DNA of 64,000 nucleotides from Candidatus Magasanikiibacteriota bacterium (GCA_049287025.1 JBAQFA010000022.1:30225-94224); one strand, 5' to 3'. Counted from the stretch's first letter, positions 47,660-57,544 are shown. The notes: generated by a model not told the origin, from the letters alone. A program made the numbers and translations.

Positions 47660-47775
47660 CCACCATCACCACAACAAGATTCATCTTCTTTGCAATCACA
47701 GCAAGCCTTGCAACAAGTTTCTTGTTCGCAACCATTTTCCTCGTTTAATTCTACTCCGCATTTTTTACAATTCAT
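47638..47775 (-). CDS. cysteine-rich 45-aa peptide (metallothionein-like composition)
   Basis: MNCKKCGVELNEENGCEQETCCKACCDCKEDESCCGDGGCGCNCQ, 13 Cys, below ORF-track cutoff. Confidence 0.4.
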   Translation of the reverse strand: MNCKKCGVELNEENGCEQETCCKACCDCKEDESCCGDGGCGCNCQ

Positions 47776-47836
47776 ATTGATTTAATTAATTATTATTAAT
47801 AATATTTTACCAATTTTAAAGTATTTTGTCAATAAT

Positions 47837-49141
47837 TTACATCCCCTCTCCTAATTCATCTGGTTTAACATTGGTTTGTTTATATATTTCTCGTTCAAAT
47901 AGGAATATTCCTAGTACGCTAACCAAGACAATAGATAGGAGAATAGATGAAGACAGACTCTCAGTAAAGACATTGTTAAAAATAGCTATGGCTAAAAACG
48001 TCAAACCGATCTCCCCTCTTATTGTCGTGGCTCGAGCAATCAGTATTCCTTCTTTTTTATTTTTATAAAAGAAACGGATGAAACACTTACCTACAAAAGC
48101 CAAAATAACAAACATGATAGCGTACAACCAAGTATGATAATCAAATAAAGATTCTCTAGTCAACATTGTTCCCAAGCTGACCAAAAATCCACCAACAAAA
48201 ATATGCATATAGCCTTCAATTTTTGACCAAATTTCGTTTTTTATTTTATTATCCATTTTGGATAGTATTAGACCAATGCCAAACGCCCCTAAAATTGGTT
48301 CTAGACCAATGGCCGAAGTTAGAGCACAAGCTAAAATTAAAGCTCCAAAAAAGAAACGAGTATAAGATCCAGTACTTGTCGTCACATAGTGTTGATCTAA
48401 ATATTTTACAACTTTGTCTACAAAGTTGAATGACCACATAACAAAGGCGACAAACAAGAATCCGATAATTGATAATGATATTAAGAAAATATCACCAAAT
48501 CCCGCACTACCATATAAAAATTTACCCAAAATTGTCAAAAGCAACATACCAATGATATTGCCAATCAAAGCGATGCTTAAAATTTTATCACCAACTTCGG
48601 TATGGAGTTTGTTACCAGCCTTGAGAGCCGAGACTGAAAGCCCTAGAGATGTAGCAGTAAAAATACCACCAAGGAAGATTGCTGGCAACCAATTAATATC
48701 TAATAAATAAAAACCAACTAAGGAAAATAAAGCTAACTGAACTAATGTGGCAGACACAGCGGATAAAATATTGGAACCAAAATTCTTTTTGAGAATTGCC
48801 AAATCAAAGTATAGTCCAGCTTCAAATAAAATAAAAAATATTCCAGCTAAGCGAGCAATCTCGACTCCTTGGGCATAGGGATCAATGGCGCCAAATAAAG
48901 CCGGACCAATTATTATACCCATAAATATTTTACCAGCCATTGGGGCAATGTTAAAGATTTTGGCCAAACGAGCGCCAAAAGAAGCAAAAATTGCCAAGAA
49001 AGATATATCCAAAAGAATTGGTAAAATAGTACTAATTTCATAGCTATCACTTGCGATTAAGACTGGCCTCAAATAATACAAAATAAAAATCGCAATGACT
49101 GATTCTATAATTACCAAGAATAAACTTTTTAATTTGTCCAT
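47837..49141 (-). CDS. cation:proton antiporter (CPA/Kef-NapA-like)
   Basis: about 12 TM, GIIIGPALFG motif. Confidence 0.55.
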   Translation of the reverse strand: MDKLKSLFLVIIESVIAIFILYYLRPVLIASDSYEISTILPILLDISFLAIFASFGARLAKIFNIAPMAGKIFMGIIIGPALFGAIDPYAQGVEIARLAGIFFILFEAGLYFDLAILKKNFGSNILSAVSATLVQLALFSLVGFYLLDINWLPAIFLGGIFTATSLGLSVSALKAGNKLHTEVGDKILSIALIGNIIGMLLLTILGKFLYGSAGFGDIFLISLSIIGFLFVAFVMWSFNFVDKVVKYLDQHYVTTSTGSYTRFFFGALILACALTSAIGLEPILGAFGIGLILSKMDNKIKNEIWSKIEGYMHIFVGGFLVSLGTMLTRESLFDYHTWLYAIMFVILAFVGKCFIRFFYKNKKEGILIARATTIRGEIGLTFLAIAIFNNVFTESLSSSILLSIVLVSVLGIFLFEREIYKQTNVKPDELGEGM

Positions 49142-49218
49142 AGGGATTAATTAATAAATTATAAATTAAGTTGCTAATATTATACTATAATTACACTAAA
49201 AGAGACAATGTTCGTGGG

Positions 49219-49244
49219 GATAAAAAATTCCACAAAAGTGGAAT
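49219..49244. terminator. bidirectional terminator aaaaaattccacaaaagtggaattt
   Basis: 8-bp stem with A/T runs; ends Ehr-like operon. Confidence 0.7.
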
Positions 49245-49291
49245 TTAAGATTATTAAAATAGATTAATAAATTTCTAATTCACTCAAACTA

Positions 49292-50860
49292 TTATAAATC
49301 ATTACCAGAATATGATAAATTAAAACTTTTATTAATTAATGGAAAATCAGGTACAATATTACCAATACCTGCATATCCCAGTACAGACCAGTTGACAAAT
49401 GATGGATCACGAGGAAAAACCCTGTCAATCTCCCCTATTGAATTAGTTGTTACAAAATACATTATTTCTCCACGCCAACCTTCTACAGAACTAATGGCCA
49501 AAGAATTTTTTTCTAACTTATTAATTCCTTGACAAACAATTTTGCCCTTTGGCAATTTTTCTAAAGCTTTTTCAATGACCGCTATTGATGAACGTACCTC
49601 TTTCACTCGAACAAAAAATCTAGCGTAAGCATCACCATCTTGTTCAACAGGAACATCTCCAATAGAAAGTTCACTATAAGCTGCATAAGGAAAATCAATA
49701 CGAGTATCACGCGCAACTCCTAAAGCTCGACTCGGAACCCCCACTATTCCATGATCTACAGCAACATACGAAGGTAATTTTCCTGTGCCTTTTAAACGAT
49801 TTAAAAGTGAGACACTGTTTTCGGCAATGGCAATAATTTCAGAAAAATCTTTGTTTATTTTATTTAATTCAAGGGATAAAAATTTAATATTATTTTCATC
49901 TAAATCTTTTTTTACTCCACTAACAGTGTTTACTCCACGCAAAAATCTACTACCAGTTAATTTTTCATTAATCTGCATTACCATTTCTCGTAATCTCGCA
50001 CCATTACTTCCCCCAAAATTAAAACCAGTATCCAACATCATGGCACCAATATCACCAAAATGATTTGCCAATCTTTCTAATTCAGCAAAAATAACTCGTA
50101 AATAATTAGCTCTTTTTGGTACGACAGTATTACTCAGCTGCTCTACGGCCTGACAAAAAGCCAATGAGTGACTAAAAGAACTATCACCAGAAATTTTTTC
50201 TGAGAGTTTTATTTTTTCATCTAAAGATAATTGTTCAAATAATTTTTCACTGCCTTTGTGAACATATCCTAGACGTGATTCTAACAACAAAATTTCTTCG
50301 CCAGCTACACTAAAACGAAAATGACCTGGCTCAATAATACCAGCATGAATCGGACCAACAGGAATTTCGTAAACACCCTCGCCTTCTACTTTTTGAAATT
50401 TGTATAAGTCATTATGTGCATTGGCTGGCCTGTTATTCCAATCAAAATCTTTTCGCAAAGGAAACATGTTTGTTGGCCAATTTTCATGCAAAATTACAGG
50501 TCTTTCATCAGGATGTCCAATTGGCTTTAGACCAAAAAAAGTTTTAATTCTTCGTTCATAAATCCAGGCCTCATGCATAGTAGGAGCCAAGGCTGGGAAT
50601 TCTTCAGAATTTTTTAATACTATAAATGGAATAATAAAACATTTTTCTTCTGGTGATGCAAATACATACCATATTTTGTAACACCCATTTTCTTTTCGTT
50701 CATCTGTGGCAGTAATTAATTTTAAAGAAAGCTTTTCATTATCATGTAAGTCGTGGGCTAATTTGATAATTTCTGTCGTTGGTACTTCAAAAATTACCGT
50801 ATTATCAAAAGATGAAACTTTGGTATCTTTAGTAATATATTTTGTTAATATTTGGTTCAT
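49292..50860 (-). CDS. NuoC-NuoD-like fused large subunit lacking NiFe-ligand cysteines
   Basis: GPIHAGIIEPGHFRF..GEEIL; site aligned to RICGVCxxSH reads KISGDSSFSHSLA; C-terminus SFNLSYSGNDL vs DPCxSCTDR. Confidence 0.7.
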   Translation of the reverse strand: MNQILTKYITKDTKVSSFDNTVIFEVPTTEIIKLAHDLHDNEKLSLKLITATDERKENGCYKIWYVFASPEEKCFIIPFIVLKNSEEFPALAPTMHEAWIYERRIKTFFGLKPIGHPDERPVILHENWPTNMFPLRKDFDWNNRPANAHNDLYKFQKVEGEGVYEIPVGPIHAGIIEPGHFRFSVAGEEILLLESRLGYVHKGSEKLFEQLSLDEKIKLSEKISGDSSFSHSLAFCQAVEQLSNTVVPKRANYLRVIFAELERLANHFGDIGAMMLDTGFNFGGSNGARLREMVMQINEKLTGSRFLRGVNTVSGVKKDLDENNIKFLSLELNKINKDFSEIIAIAENSVSLLNRLKGTGKLPSYVAVDHGIVGVPSRALGVARDTRIDFPYAAYSELSIGDVPVEQDGDAYARFFVRVKEVRSSIAVIEKALEKLPKGKIVCQGINKLEKNSLAISSVEGWRGEIMYFVTTNSIGEIDRVFPRDPSFVNWSVLGYAGIGNIVPDFPLINKSFNLSYSGNDL

Positions 50861-50864
50861 AATA

Positions 50865-52304
50865 TTAATAAGTCAATGACACCATATTTATTAATTTTGA
50901 CAAAAATGGCGGGAGATAAAAACTTAGACAAAAAACTATAACTAATAATACCAATGGTGAAACAAGCAACCAACCACTAACTTCACCAACTGCTACATCA
51001 TCAGTTTTCTTTCCAAAAAACATTTTTGTGACATGTTTAAGAAATCCAACAAAAACTATCGTCGTAAAGATAATAACTAAAATAGTTACAATCGGATTAG
51101 TTTTTATACCAACAGATAAAATTAACATTTTGGAAAAAAATATACCAAACGGTGGCATTCCAGTTAGAATTAAAAAGCCAATTATAAATATTATACTGGT
51201 GAAAGGAACAACACTTAGCGCACCTTTAATTCTATTAATTTTTGATGAATTATATTTCAACAATAAATTACCAGAAGAAAAAAAGAGAATTGCTTTTATA
51301 CATGAGTGGTAAATTAAGTGAATAGTGGCAGCAAAACCACCCAAACCACCCAAACCAAAACCAAGTATAATTAACCCCGCATTCTCAATGCTTGAATATG
51401 CTAACAATCTTTTATAATTCTTGGCATTAAACATAATTAACGCTGGAATACCGATTGATAACATACCAAAAATAATTAACAAATTTTTACTAAATAAATT
51501 ACCCACAGCAATATCTGTAATAATCTTAAATTTCATTACAATAACAAAAGCTACTGGTAATAAGGCACCTGACAATAGCGCCCCAAGAGGTGCTGGTGCT
51601 TTACTGTAAGCATCTGGTTTCCAAGTGTGCATTGGCACCAATCCAATTTTGGTTCCATAACCAATGAGAATAAAAATAAAGGCAATCTTCCCTAACAGTG
51701 GATCAAGATGAATGGCATTATCTGCTAAAATTTGCCAGTTAATTAATCCAGTATTAGACAAATTAACTGAAGTAAAATATAAAAGGGTGCCAAAAAATCC
51801 CAAAATTAAACCAATGGAATTTATAATTAAATATTTCCACGCTCCTTCTATTGCCGAAGGCTTATTGTAAAAACTAATTAAAAAAGCAGTTGATAAAGTT
51901 GTGGCTTCAATTGAGATCCAGGCAAAAATTGGACTACTAGCTGTAATAGCCAAAAACATGGCCAAAAGAAAAATGTTTAGCAAAGTAAAAAATTGTTTGA
52001 CTCGATGAAATCCAATAATATTTTTTGCTGTTTCTTGATGAAAATATTGAATTGAGTAAATAGTAGTGACAAAACCAATTAGTCCAACAATTAGCATGGT
52101 AATTGCACTAAGAGCATCAACATAAAATATTCCGTATTGCATGTAGGATCCAATTTCTGCCACCTTAATAGCTACTATAATTGATCCAGTCAAGGTCACA
52201 CCTGAAGATAGTACGGAACAGGCTTCAACGCTACTTCGGTGTTTTATAAAAAAACAAATGGCAGAAGCTATAATAAGTGATATTAAAATGATAATAATTT
52301 CCAT
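50865..52304 (-). CDS. NuoN/NuoM/MrpD-like antiporter subunit
   Basis: HTWKPDAYSKAPAPLGALLSG motif, 14 TM. Confidence 0.7.
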   Translation of the reverse strand: MEIIIILISLIIASAICFFIKHRSSVEACSVLSSGVTLTGSIIVAIKVAEIGSYMQYGIFYVDALSAITMLIVGLIGFVTTIYSIQYFHQETAKNIIGFHRVKQFFTLLNIFLLAMFLAITASSPIFAWISIEATTLSTAFLISFYNKPSAIEGAWKYLIINSIGLILGFFGTLLYFTSVNLSNTGLINWQILADNAIHLDPLLGKIAFIFILIGYGTKIGLVPMHTWKPDAYSKAPAPLGALLSGALLPVAFVIVMKFKIITDIAVGNLFSKNLLIIFGMLSIGIPALIMFNAKNYKRLLAYSSIENAGLIILGFGLGGLGGFAATIHLIYHSCIKAILFFSSGNLLLKYNSSKINRIKGALSVVPFTSIIFIIGFLILTGMPPFGIFFSKMLILSVGIKTNPIVTILVIIFTTIVFVGFLKHVTKMFFGKKTDDVAVGEVSGWLLVSPLVLLVIVFCLSFYLPPFLSKLINMVSLTY

Positions 52305-52308
52305 AGAA

Positions 52309-52956
52309 TTAGTCTTTTAAATATTTCATCTCAGTCACGTCTAAAGAACCAAAATGTTTTTGTATCATACCAATAAATACTGTTGCAATAATAATCCAGA
52401 CGAAGATATCAAAAACAATTCCGATTTGTAAAATTGGTGATTGTTCTAAACCAGCAAAAAAACCAAAAGCCACAATACTATTTTCCAACGAAAGTACGGC
52501 AATAATTTGTGAAAGCGCTACTTTACAATTTACAATCAAAAACAATGAGATAAATATCGCTGATAATGCCAAATATAAAAGATGTTCGTTGGCAGGAATA
52601 ATATGAGCGAGTGATACAAATAATTTTGAGTGAGCAAAAGCAGTCAAAATTGTCACGGAAATAAGAGTAAGTGGCGTATTGACGTAAGTCGTAACTAAAA
52701 ATTTTAACTTGAATTTGTTAATTAAATTGATAAAGAAAGCCGGAGCTAAAATGACCTTTACCACCAGAACCAAACACGCTACAAAAAGTAATGACACTTT
52801 TCTTGTTTCCAAAAAAGAATTAATCAATAATAAAACAATGATTAGTGACTGCAGACTGTAAAGTACAGCCGTGGTAATATTTTTTTTGACAATATGTAAA
52901 GAGACTATTGTTATAAAAAATAATGTTAACAAAATTTGATTATAAAATGAGTTCAT
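52309..52956 (-). CDS. HyfE/EchA-like small membrane subunit
   Basis: 215-aa polytopic protein inside the cluster. Confidence 0.4.
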   Translation of the reverse strand: MNSFYNQILLTLFFITIVSLHIVKKNITTAVLYSLQSLIIVLLLINSFLETRKVSLLFVACLVLVVKVILAPAFFINLINKFKLKFLVTTYVNTPLTLISVTILTAFAHSKLFVSLAHIIPANEHLLYLALSAIFISLFLIVNCKVALSQIIAVLSLENSIVAFGFFAGLEQSPILQIGIVFDIFVWIIIATVFIGMIQKHFGSLDVTEMKYLKD

Positions 52957-53885
52957 AAATTACTTATTAATCCAAGCGCAATAATATTTAAGACAAAAGA
53001 AATAATCAATAAATCTGGCAAGCGAAAAAATCTATACTTTGCAATACTTGATTCAAGAATAGCAATTGCAAGATAAAAGATGGATATTTTTATTGCAAAA
53101 ATTATTAAACCTAAAAATAATGCTTTTAAATCTGCACTCTGAGCAATTCCCCAAGGGAAAAATAAATTCGCTCCTAGTGATATAAAAATTAACAGCTTAT
53201 TGGCAGAAGCCCATTCCATCAACGCTAATTTTTTTCCAGAATATTCCAATATCATGGCTTCATGAATCATGGTCAATTCCAAATGCGTGGCGGGATTATC
53301 AAACGGAAACCTGGCTGTTTCGGCCAATAACACTATAAAAAATCCAAAAAAGGCCAACAAAATTGATGAAAATGACTGACTATATGGAGAGACAATGTGA
53401 TTTGAAATATTAAATAAGTTTGTAGTATTGGCAACAATACTAATAGTCAATAAAGAAAAAATTAATCCCCCTTCTGCTAGAGCTGATATAGTCATTTCGC
53501 GACTTGATCCAAATCCACCAAATGCACTCCCACTATCCATACCTGATAACGCCAAAAAAAATGTTCCAATGGAGAGTAAATAGACAATTACCAATATATC
53601 ACTCGTAATGTTGTTAGAGAATAAACTTCCAAAAAGTGGAATACTAGCACCGACAATTATCGTCACGGTAAAAACAATAATCGGAGCGTAATGAAAAATC
53701 CAAGAAGCATCTTTACTAACAATCTCGTCTTTATGAAAAAGTTTGTATAAATCCCAATAAGGCTGAAAAATACTCGCTCCTTGTCGATTTTGCAGTTTGG
53801 CTTTTAATTTTTTTACCAAACCAACACCCAACGGCGAGAGTACTGGAACAAAAATACATTGAATTATCCAAATTACAATCATCAT
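52953..53885 (-). CDS. NuoH/HycD-like membrane subunit
   Basis: RFPFDNPATHLELTMIHEAMILEYSG motif. Confidence 0.7.
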   Translation of the reverse strand: MMIVIWIIQCIFVPVLSPLGVGLVKKLKAKLQNRQGASIFQPYWDLYKLFHKDEIVSKDASWIFHYAPIIVFTVTIIVGASIPLFGSLFSNNITSDILVIVYLLSIGTFFLALSGMDSGSAFGGFGSSREMTISALAEGGLIFSLLTISIVANTTNLFNISNHIVSPYSQSFSSILLAFFGFFIVLLAETARFPFDNPATHLELTMIHEAMILEYSGKKLALMEWASANKLLIFISLGANLFFPWGIAQSADLKALFLGLIIFAIKISIFYLAIAILESSIAKYRFFRLPDLLIISFVLNIIALGLISNL

Positions 53886-53888
53886 AAA

Positions 53889-55937
53889 TTAGTTGGCTAC
53901 AATTAAGGTAATAATCAAAGCAATAAATATATATAATATATAGGCATTGACGTTTCCACTCTGAATTTTTTTAAGTTTCTCTGATAATGTTTCAATAAAT
54001 TTTTGCATGGGTTCATATAGATGACTCCGATACATATCATTAATACTCAAAGTAACCCCTCTAAACTTTGGGAGATACCGACTTTTTTCGTCATGATATT
54101 CAACTTCATGCTGTAAACTTGGTTTTAAAACACCTCTAAATATGGTAATAATTGACCGAGAAAATCCAGTAGCCGTTATTTCCATTCTGGAGTTCAAATC
54201 AACACCGCAGTCCCAAGTAGCACCCGAACTAATATCTTGTTTTCTATACACTAAATATTTTACACTTAATAAAACAACCATAAATACGATTAACAATAAC
54301 AAAAGTAAAATTGGAGCCGAAACAAAAGAAAAGCTTCCAACACTTATACCTTGATCAGTGGATGTTTTTAGGACGGAAGAAACTGAACTTAAAACCTTCA
54401 AACTATTTCCGATGCCAAGTAAGATAGATGATATATAGCCAGAAAATACACCAAACAACAATGAACACAAGGCTAACATTCCCATACCAAAACGTAATGT
54501 CAATGATGATTCCTTGGCGTGCTTGACTTCTTCACTTCTGGGCCGAGCTAAAAAGGTCGCTCCAAAAGCCTTGACAAAACAGGCCAAGGCCAACCCACCA
54601 GTAAAAGCGAGAGCACCAGCCGAAACCATGAAAATCCATTTAGCAGAAAAATCCAATGCTATTATCCCCTGGAACAAGGACTGAAAAGTAAGCCATTCAC
54701 TGAAAAAACCATTAAACGGTGGCAGGGCCGAAATGGCCATGGAGCCAACCAAGAAAAACATGGCTGTGTAAGGCATAAATTTGATCAATCCACCATATTC
54801 TTCTATGTTTCTAGTGTGGGTGGCGTTGATTACTGATCCTGCTCCCAAAAATAATAACGACTTGAATGTGGCATGATTTAGCGTATGAAAAAGAGCCGCC
54901 ACCAAACCAAGAATCGCTAACGCTGGCATATTCAGTGAAGTAAAAGTCAAGGCACTTCCTAAACCGAGTAAAATAATTCCAATATTTTCAATACTATGAT
55001 AAGCCAGTAATCTTTTGATATCATGTTCGGTAAGTGCATACAACACTCCGAGTAACGAAGACACGGCGCCAACGATAAGAAGAGTAAGACCCCACCAGCT
55101 CGGGACAGGCTGTAAAATGTCCAAAAATAATCTAATCATCATGTAAATACCAGTCTTTATCATTACCCCAGACATTAATCCTGACACGTGGGAAGGAGCA
55201 GCTGGATGAGCGCTTGGTAACCAAATATGAAAAGGGATTACGCCAGCCTTGGTACCAAACCCGATCATGGCTAAAATAAAAATAATATTTTTAATTGATA
55301 ATGGAATCAAACCTACTTCTAATTTGATGTTTTCAAAATCAAAAGAACCGGTAAATTTGTAAAACAATATAAAAGCCAAAATAATAAACGCTGTGCCAAT
55401 GTGAGTCATAACTAGATACAAAAATCCAGCCTTGACATTGCTTTCATCGTGGCGATCATAAATGACAAGAAAAAATGAAGCCACTGACATAATTTCCCAA
55501 GCAACCAGAAAAAATAACTCATTACTAGCTGTAACGACCATCAACATACCAGCAATAAACAAGTTATAAAAAAAACCAAGTGCACCAATATTATATTTTT
55601 GATAATAATGTTTTACATAACCAACACCATAGACCGAACAGAATAAAGTGATAAGTGAAATTACAAATACAAAAAATGCGGACAATTTATCAATATGAAA
55701 AGATATTGAAAATAAAGGAAAAATAGATGTACCAAGCTGATAAGTTAGTTCGGACGAAACTGTTAACAACAAAAATGACAACCCTATCCCCCACAGTGAT
55801 CCCGCAATAGCAAAAACGTTGCCCCAAACGTTGGCAATTTTATCGCTCTTTTGAAAAACTAATGAACCAACCGCCCCCACAAAAAAGAATAGCAATAAAA
55901 TATTGAAACCTAATGATGACGTAAGAAAGCTAATCAT
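53889..55937 (-). CDS. NuoL/MrpA-like antiporter subunit
   Basis: HIWLPSAHPAAPSHVSGLMSGVMIKTGIY motif. Confidence 0.75.
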   Translation of the reverse strand: MISFLTSSLGFNILLLFFFVGAVGSLVFQKSDKIANVWGNVFAIAGSLWGIGLSFLLLTVSSELTYQLGTSIFPLFSISFHIDKLSAFFVFVISLITLFCSVYGVGYVKHYYQKYNIGALGFFYNLFIAGMLMVVTASNELFFLVAWEIMSVASFFLVIYDRHDESNVKAGFLYLVMTHIGTAFIILAFILFYKFTGSFDFENIKLEVGLIPLSIKNIIFILAMIGFGTKAGVIPFHIWLPSAHPAAPSHVSGLMSGVMIKTGIYMMIRLFLDILQPVPSWWGLTLLIVGAVSSLLGVLYALTEHDIKRLLAYHSIENIGIILLGLGSALTFTSLNMPALAILGLVAALFHTLNHATFKSLLFLGAGSVINATHTRNIEEYGGLIKFMPYTAMFFLVGSMAISALPPFNGFFSEWLTFQSLFQGIIALDFSAKWIFMVSAGALAFTGGLALACFVKAFGATFLARPRSEEVKHAKESSLTLRFGMGMLALCSLLFGVFSGYISSILLGIGNSLKVLSSVSSVLKTSTDQGISVGSFSFVSAPILLLLLLIVFMVVLLSVKYLVYRKQDISSGATWDCGVDLNSRMEITATGFSRSIITIFRGVLKPSLQHEVEYHDEKSRYLPKFRGVTLSINDMYRSHLYEPMQKFIETLSEKLKKIQSGNVNAYILYIFIALIITLIVAN

Positions 55938-55938
55938 A

Positions 55939-56481
55939 TTATTTTTTGGCTACAGATTTAGCGTCCAGTATTTCTAACAAATTTAATAAATGACAAATTA
56001 TCGTTTTCGGAGATGGTGGATTGCCTGGAATACAATAATCTACTGGTATTATATTGTCTACTCCATCAAAAGTGGCATAGGAACCCTTATATATTCCTCC
56101 ATTAATTGCATCATCGCCAACAGCTATAATAATTTTGGGGTTAGGGGTGGCATTGTAGGCTCTTCTTAAAGCCTCAGACATATTTCGCGTGACAGGTCCA
56201 GTGACCATCAACATATCAGCGTGCTTTGGAGACGCCACAAAATGAATACCAAAACGCTCCACATCATAAAAGGCATTGGAGAGTGCAACTAACTCCTGCT
56301 CGCAGGCGTTGTCCGAACCTGCGTCAACTTGTCTAATCGCCAACGACCCCTTAAATAATTTTTTTACATTATCTTGAATTTTTTTTCCTACAACATCCAA
56401 ATCTATTTTTTCACAATCAAAGTCACTTAGAGGAATAATATTATTGGAAGTAGAAAAAATTTTTAACAAAAGTTTCAGCAT
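55939..56481 (-). CDS. NuoB-like small subunit with N2-cluster cysteines replaced
   Basis: DAGSDNACE, GDDAINGG, IPGNPPSP in place of CCxxE, GxCxxxGG, GCPPRP. Confidence 0.7.
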   Translation of the reverse strand: MLKLLLKIFSTSNNIIPLSDFDCEKIDLDVVGKKIQDNVKKLFKGSLAIRQVDAGSDNACEQELVALSNAFYDVERFGIHFVASPKHADMLMVTGPVTRNMSEALRRAYNATPNPKIIIAVGDDAINGGIYKGSYATFDGVDNIIPVDYCIPGNPPSPKTIICHLLNLLEILDAKSVAKK

Positions 56482-56527
56482 ATTTTTAAAAGTATTTCAA
56501 TGTAATAAAAATATAACCATGCACACC

Positions 56528-56556
56528 ATTTTATATTATTTTTATTTTCTTGTCAA
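56528..56556 (-). promoter_or_regulatory. promoter TTGACA-17-TAAAAT of Ehr-like operon
   Basis: tgtcaa 56551-56556 and atttta 56528-56533 on plus strand; 13-bp IR aaaaaacattcac/gtgaatgtttttt flanks region 56560-56632. Confidence 0.5.
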
Positions 56557-56680
56557 TAAAAAAAACATTCACCCTTCTCCTTAAATTAATTCCATAATTA
56601 TAGAATCAAATCAAGTGTGGTGAATGTTTTTTCACTACCACCAACCCACCATCCCACTGGATGGCGGGGTTGACGGTTTT

Positions 56681-56893
56681 TTAGCCTGGGACGACAGAGA
56701 AGACCAACGTGTTGTCAGGGAAGTAAACCCTCTTCTGTCGAATTCCCTCGTCCAACATCACGGTGGCGATGGCGTTGTACTGATAGTGTTCATTGACAAC
56801 CACTAACAGTACTTTGGTGTAGAGCGTTCCCTCTGGGAGTTTCCCCAGACGAAACTTGCCGTTGACCGACAACTGACCAAAAGTCATATTCAT
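56681..56893 (-). CDS. hypothetical 70-aa protein, compositionally foreign (high G+C)
   Basis: high-G+C ORF; promoter TTGACA-16-TAGAAT; palindrome ccatccagtgggatgg after stop. Confidence 0.4.
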   Translation of the reverse strand: MNMTFGQLSVNGKFRLGKLPEGTLYTKVLLVVVNEHYQYNAIATVMLDEGIRQKRVYFPDNTLVFSVVPG

Positions 56894-56923
56894 GACCAGA
56901 CCACGTGGCAGTTTGAGTAATAT

Positions 56924-56951
56924 ATTCTATATTAAATTTAAATTTTGTCAA
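56924..56951 (-). promoter_or_regulatory. promoter TTGACA-16-TAGAAT for high-GC ORF
   Basis: tgtcaa 56946-56951. Confidence 0.45.
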
Positions 56952-56955
56952 TAAA

Positions 56956-56984
56956 AAAACACACATCATGATAGTGTGTGTTTT
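56956..56984 (-). terminator. terminator aaaacacacatcatgatagtgtgtgtttt
   Basis: 10-bp stem then T7 on minus strand; follows 57003-57449 gene. Confidence 0.6.
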
Positions 56985-57002
56985 AAAATCAGTAACTTTT
57001 AT

Positions 57003-57449
57003 TTATTTCTCAGTTTCTACATTATGACTAATTGTTATTTCTTCAATTACAATTTTCATTAATTTATCCAGTCTTGCGGATCCTTCTGCTCTTTCTTCTT
57101 TTCTAGTTGAAGGTAGTCGTTGCAATTCACTCTTACGTCTATTGATCTCGACCATAACTTGTAAAAACTTTTCTTTTGTGTCAATTTTTTTGATGCTATC
57201 AGCAAAATCTATCCATTCTTTAACACCACCACTAATACCCTCTTCTTTGGTAAAGGCGGCTAATATATTAGAAAAATCGGTGTGGTTTTTAATATTACCA
57301 TTATCAAATCCTTCCAAAATCATGTTATATTTAGCTTCCAAACCAATAGCTTCTCCTAAATTATGGCTTCCCTCTGCCAATTCCCTGTCATCTTTTGCTT
57401 GTATTAAATCTTCTAAGAATCGAGGTGTATCCCCATTTGGTTCACTCAT
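57003..57449 (-). CDS. hypothetical protein
   Basis: ORF only. Confidence 0.45.
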   Translation of the reverse strand: MSEPNGDTPRFLEDLIQAKDDRELAEGSHNLGEAIGLEAKYNMILEGFDNGNIKNHTDFSNILAAFTKEEGISGGVKEWIDFADSIKKIDTKEKFLQVMVEINRRKSELQRLPSTRKEERAEGSARLDKLMKIVIEEITISHNVETEK

Positions 57450-57544
57450 ATATTTTATATATTAAAAAATAAATATTACATATTAATATCTTAACATATC
57501 GCAAAAAAAAAACAAGCTTGAAGTAAAAATAGGGTGTGGACAAA

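Noticed and set aside
57060-57075. Extra ggatccttc match inside the 57003-57449 gene as another family A copy
   Set aside because: It is an isolated 9-mer without the partner arm or the flanking tcctgag motif, so it is probably chance.
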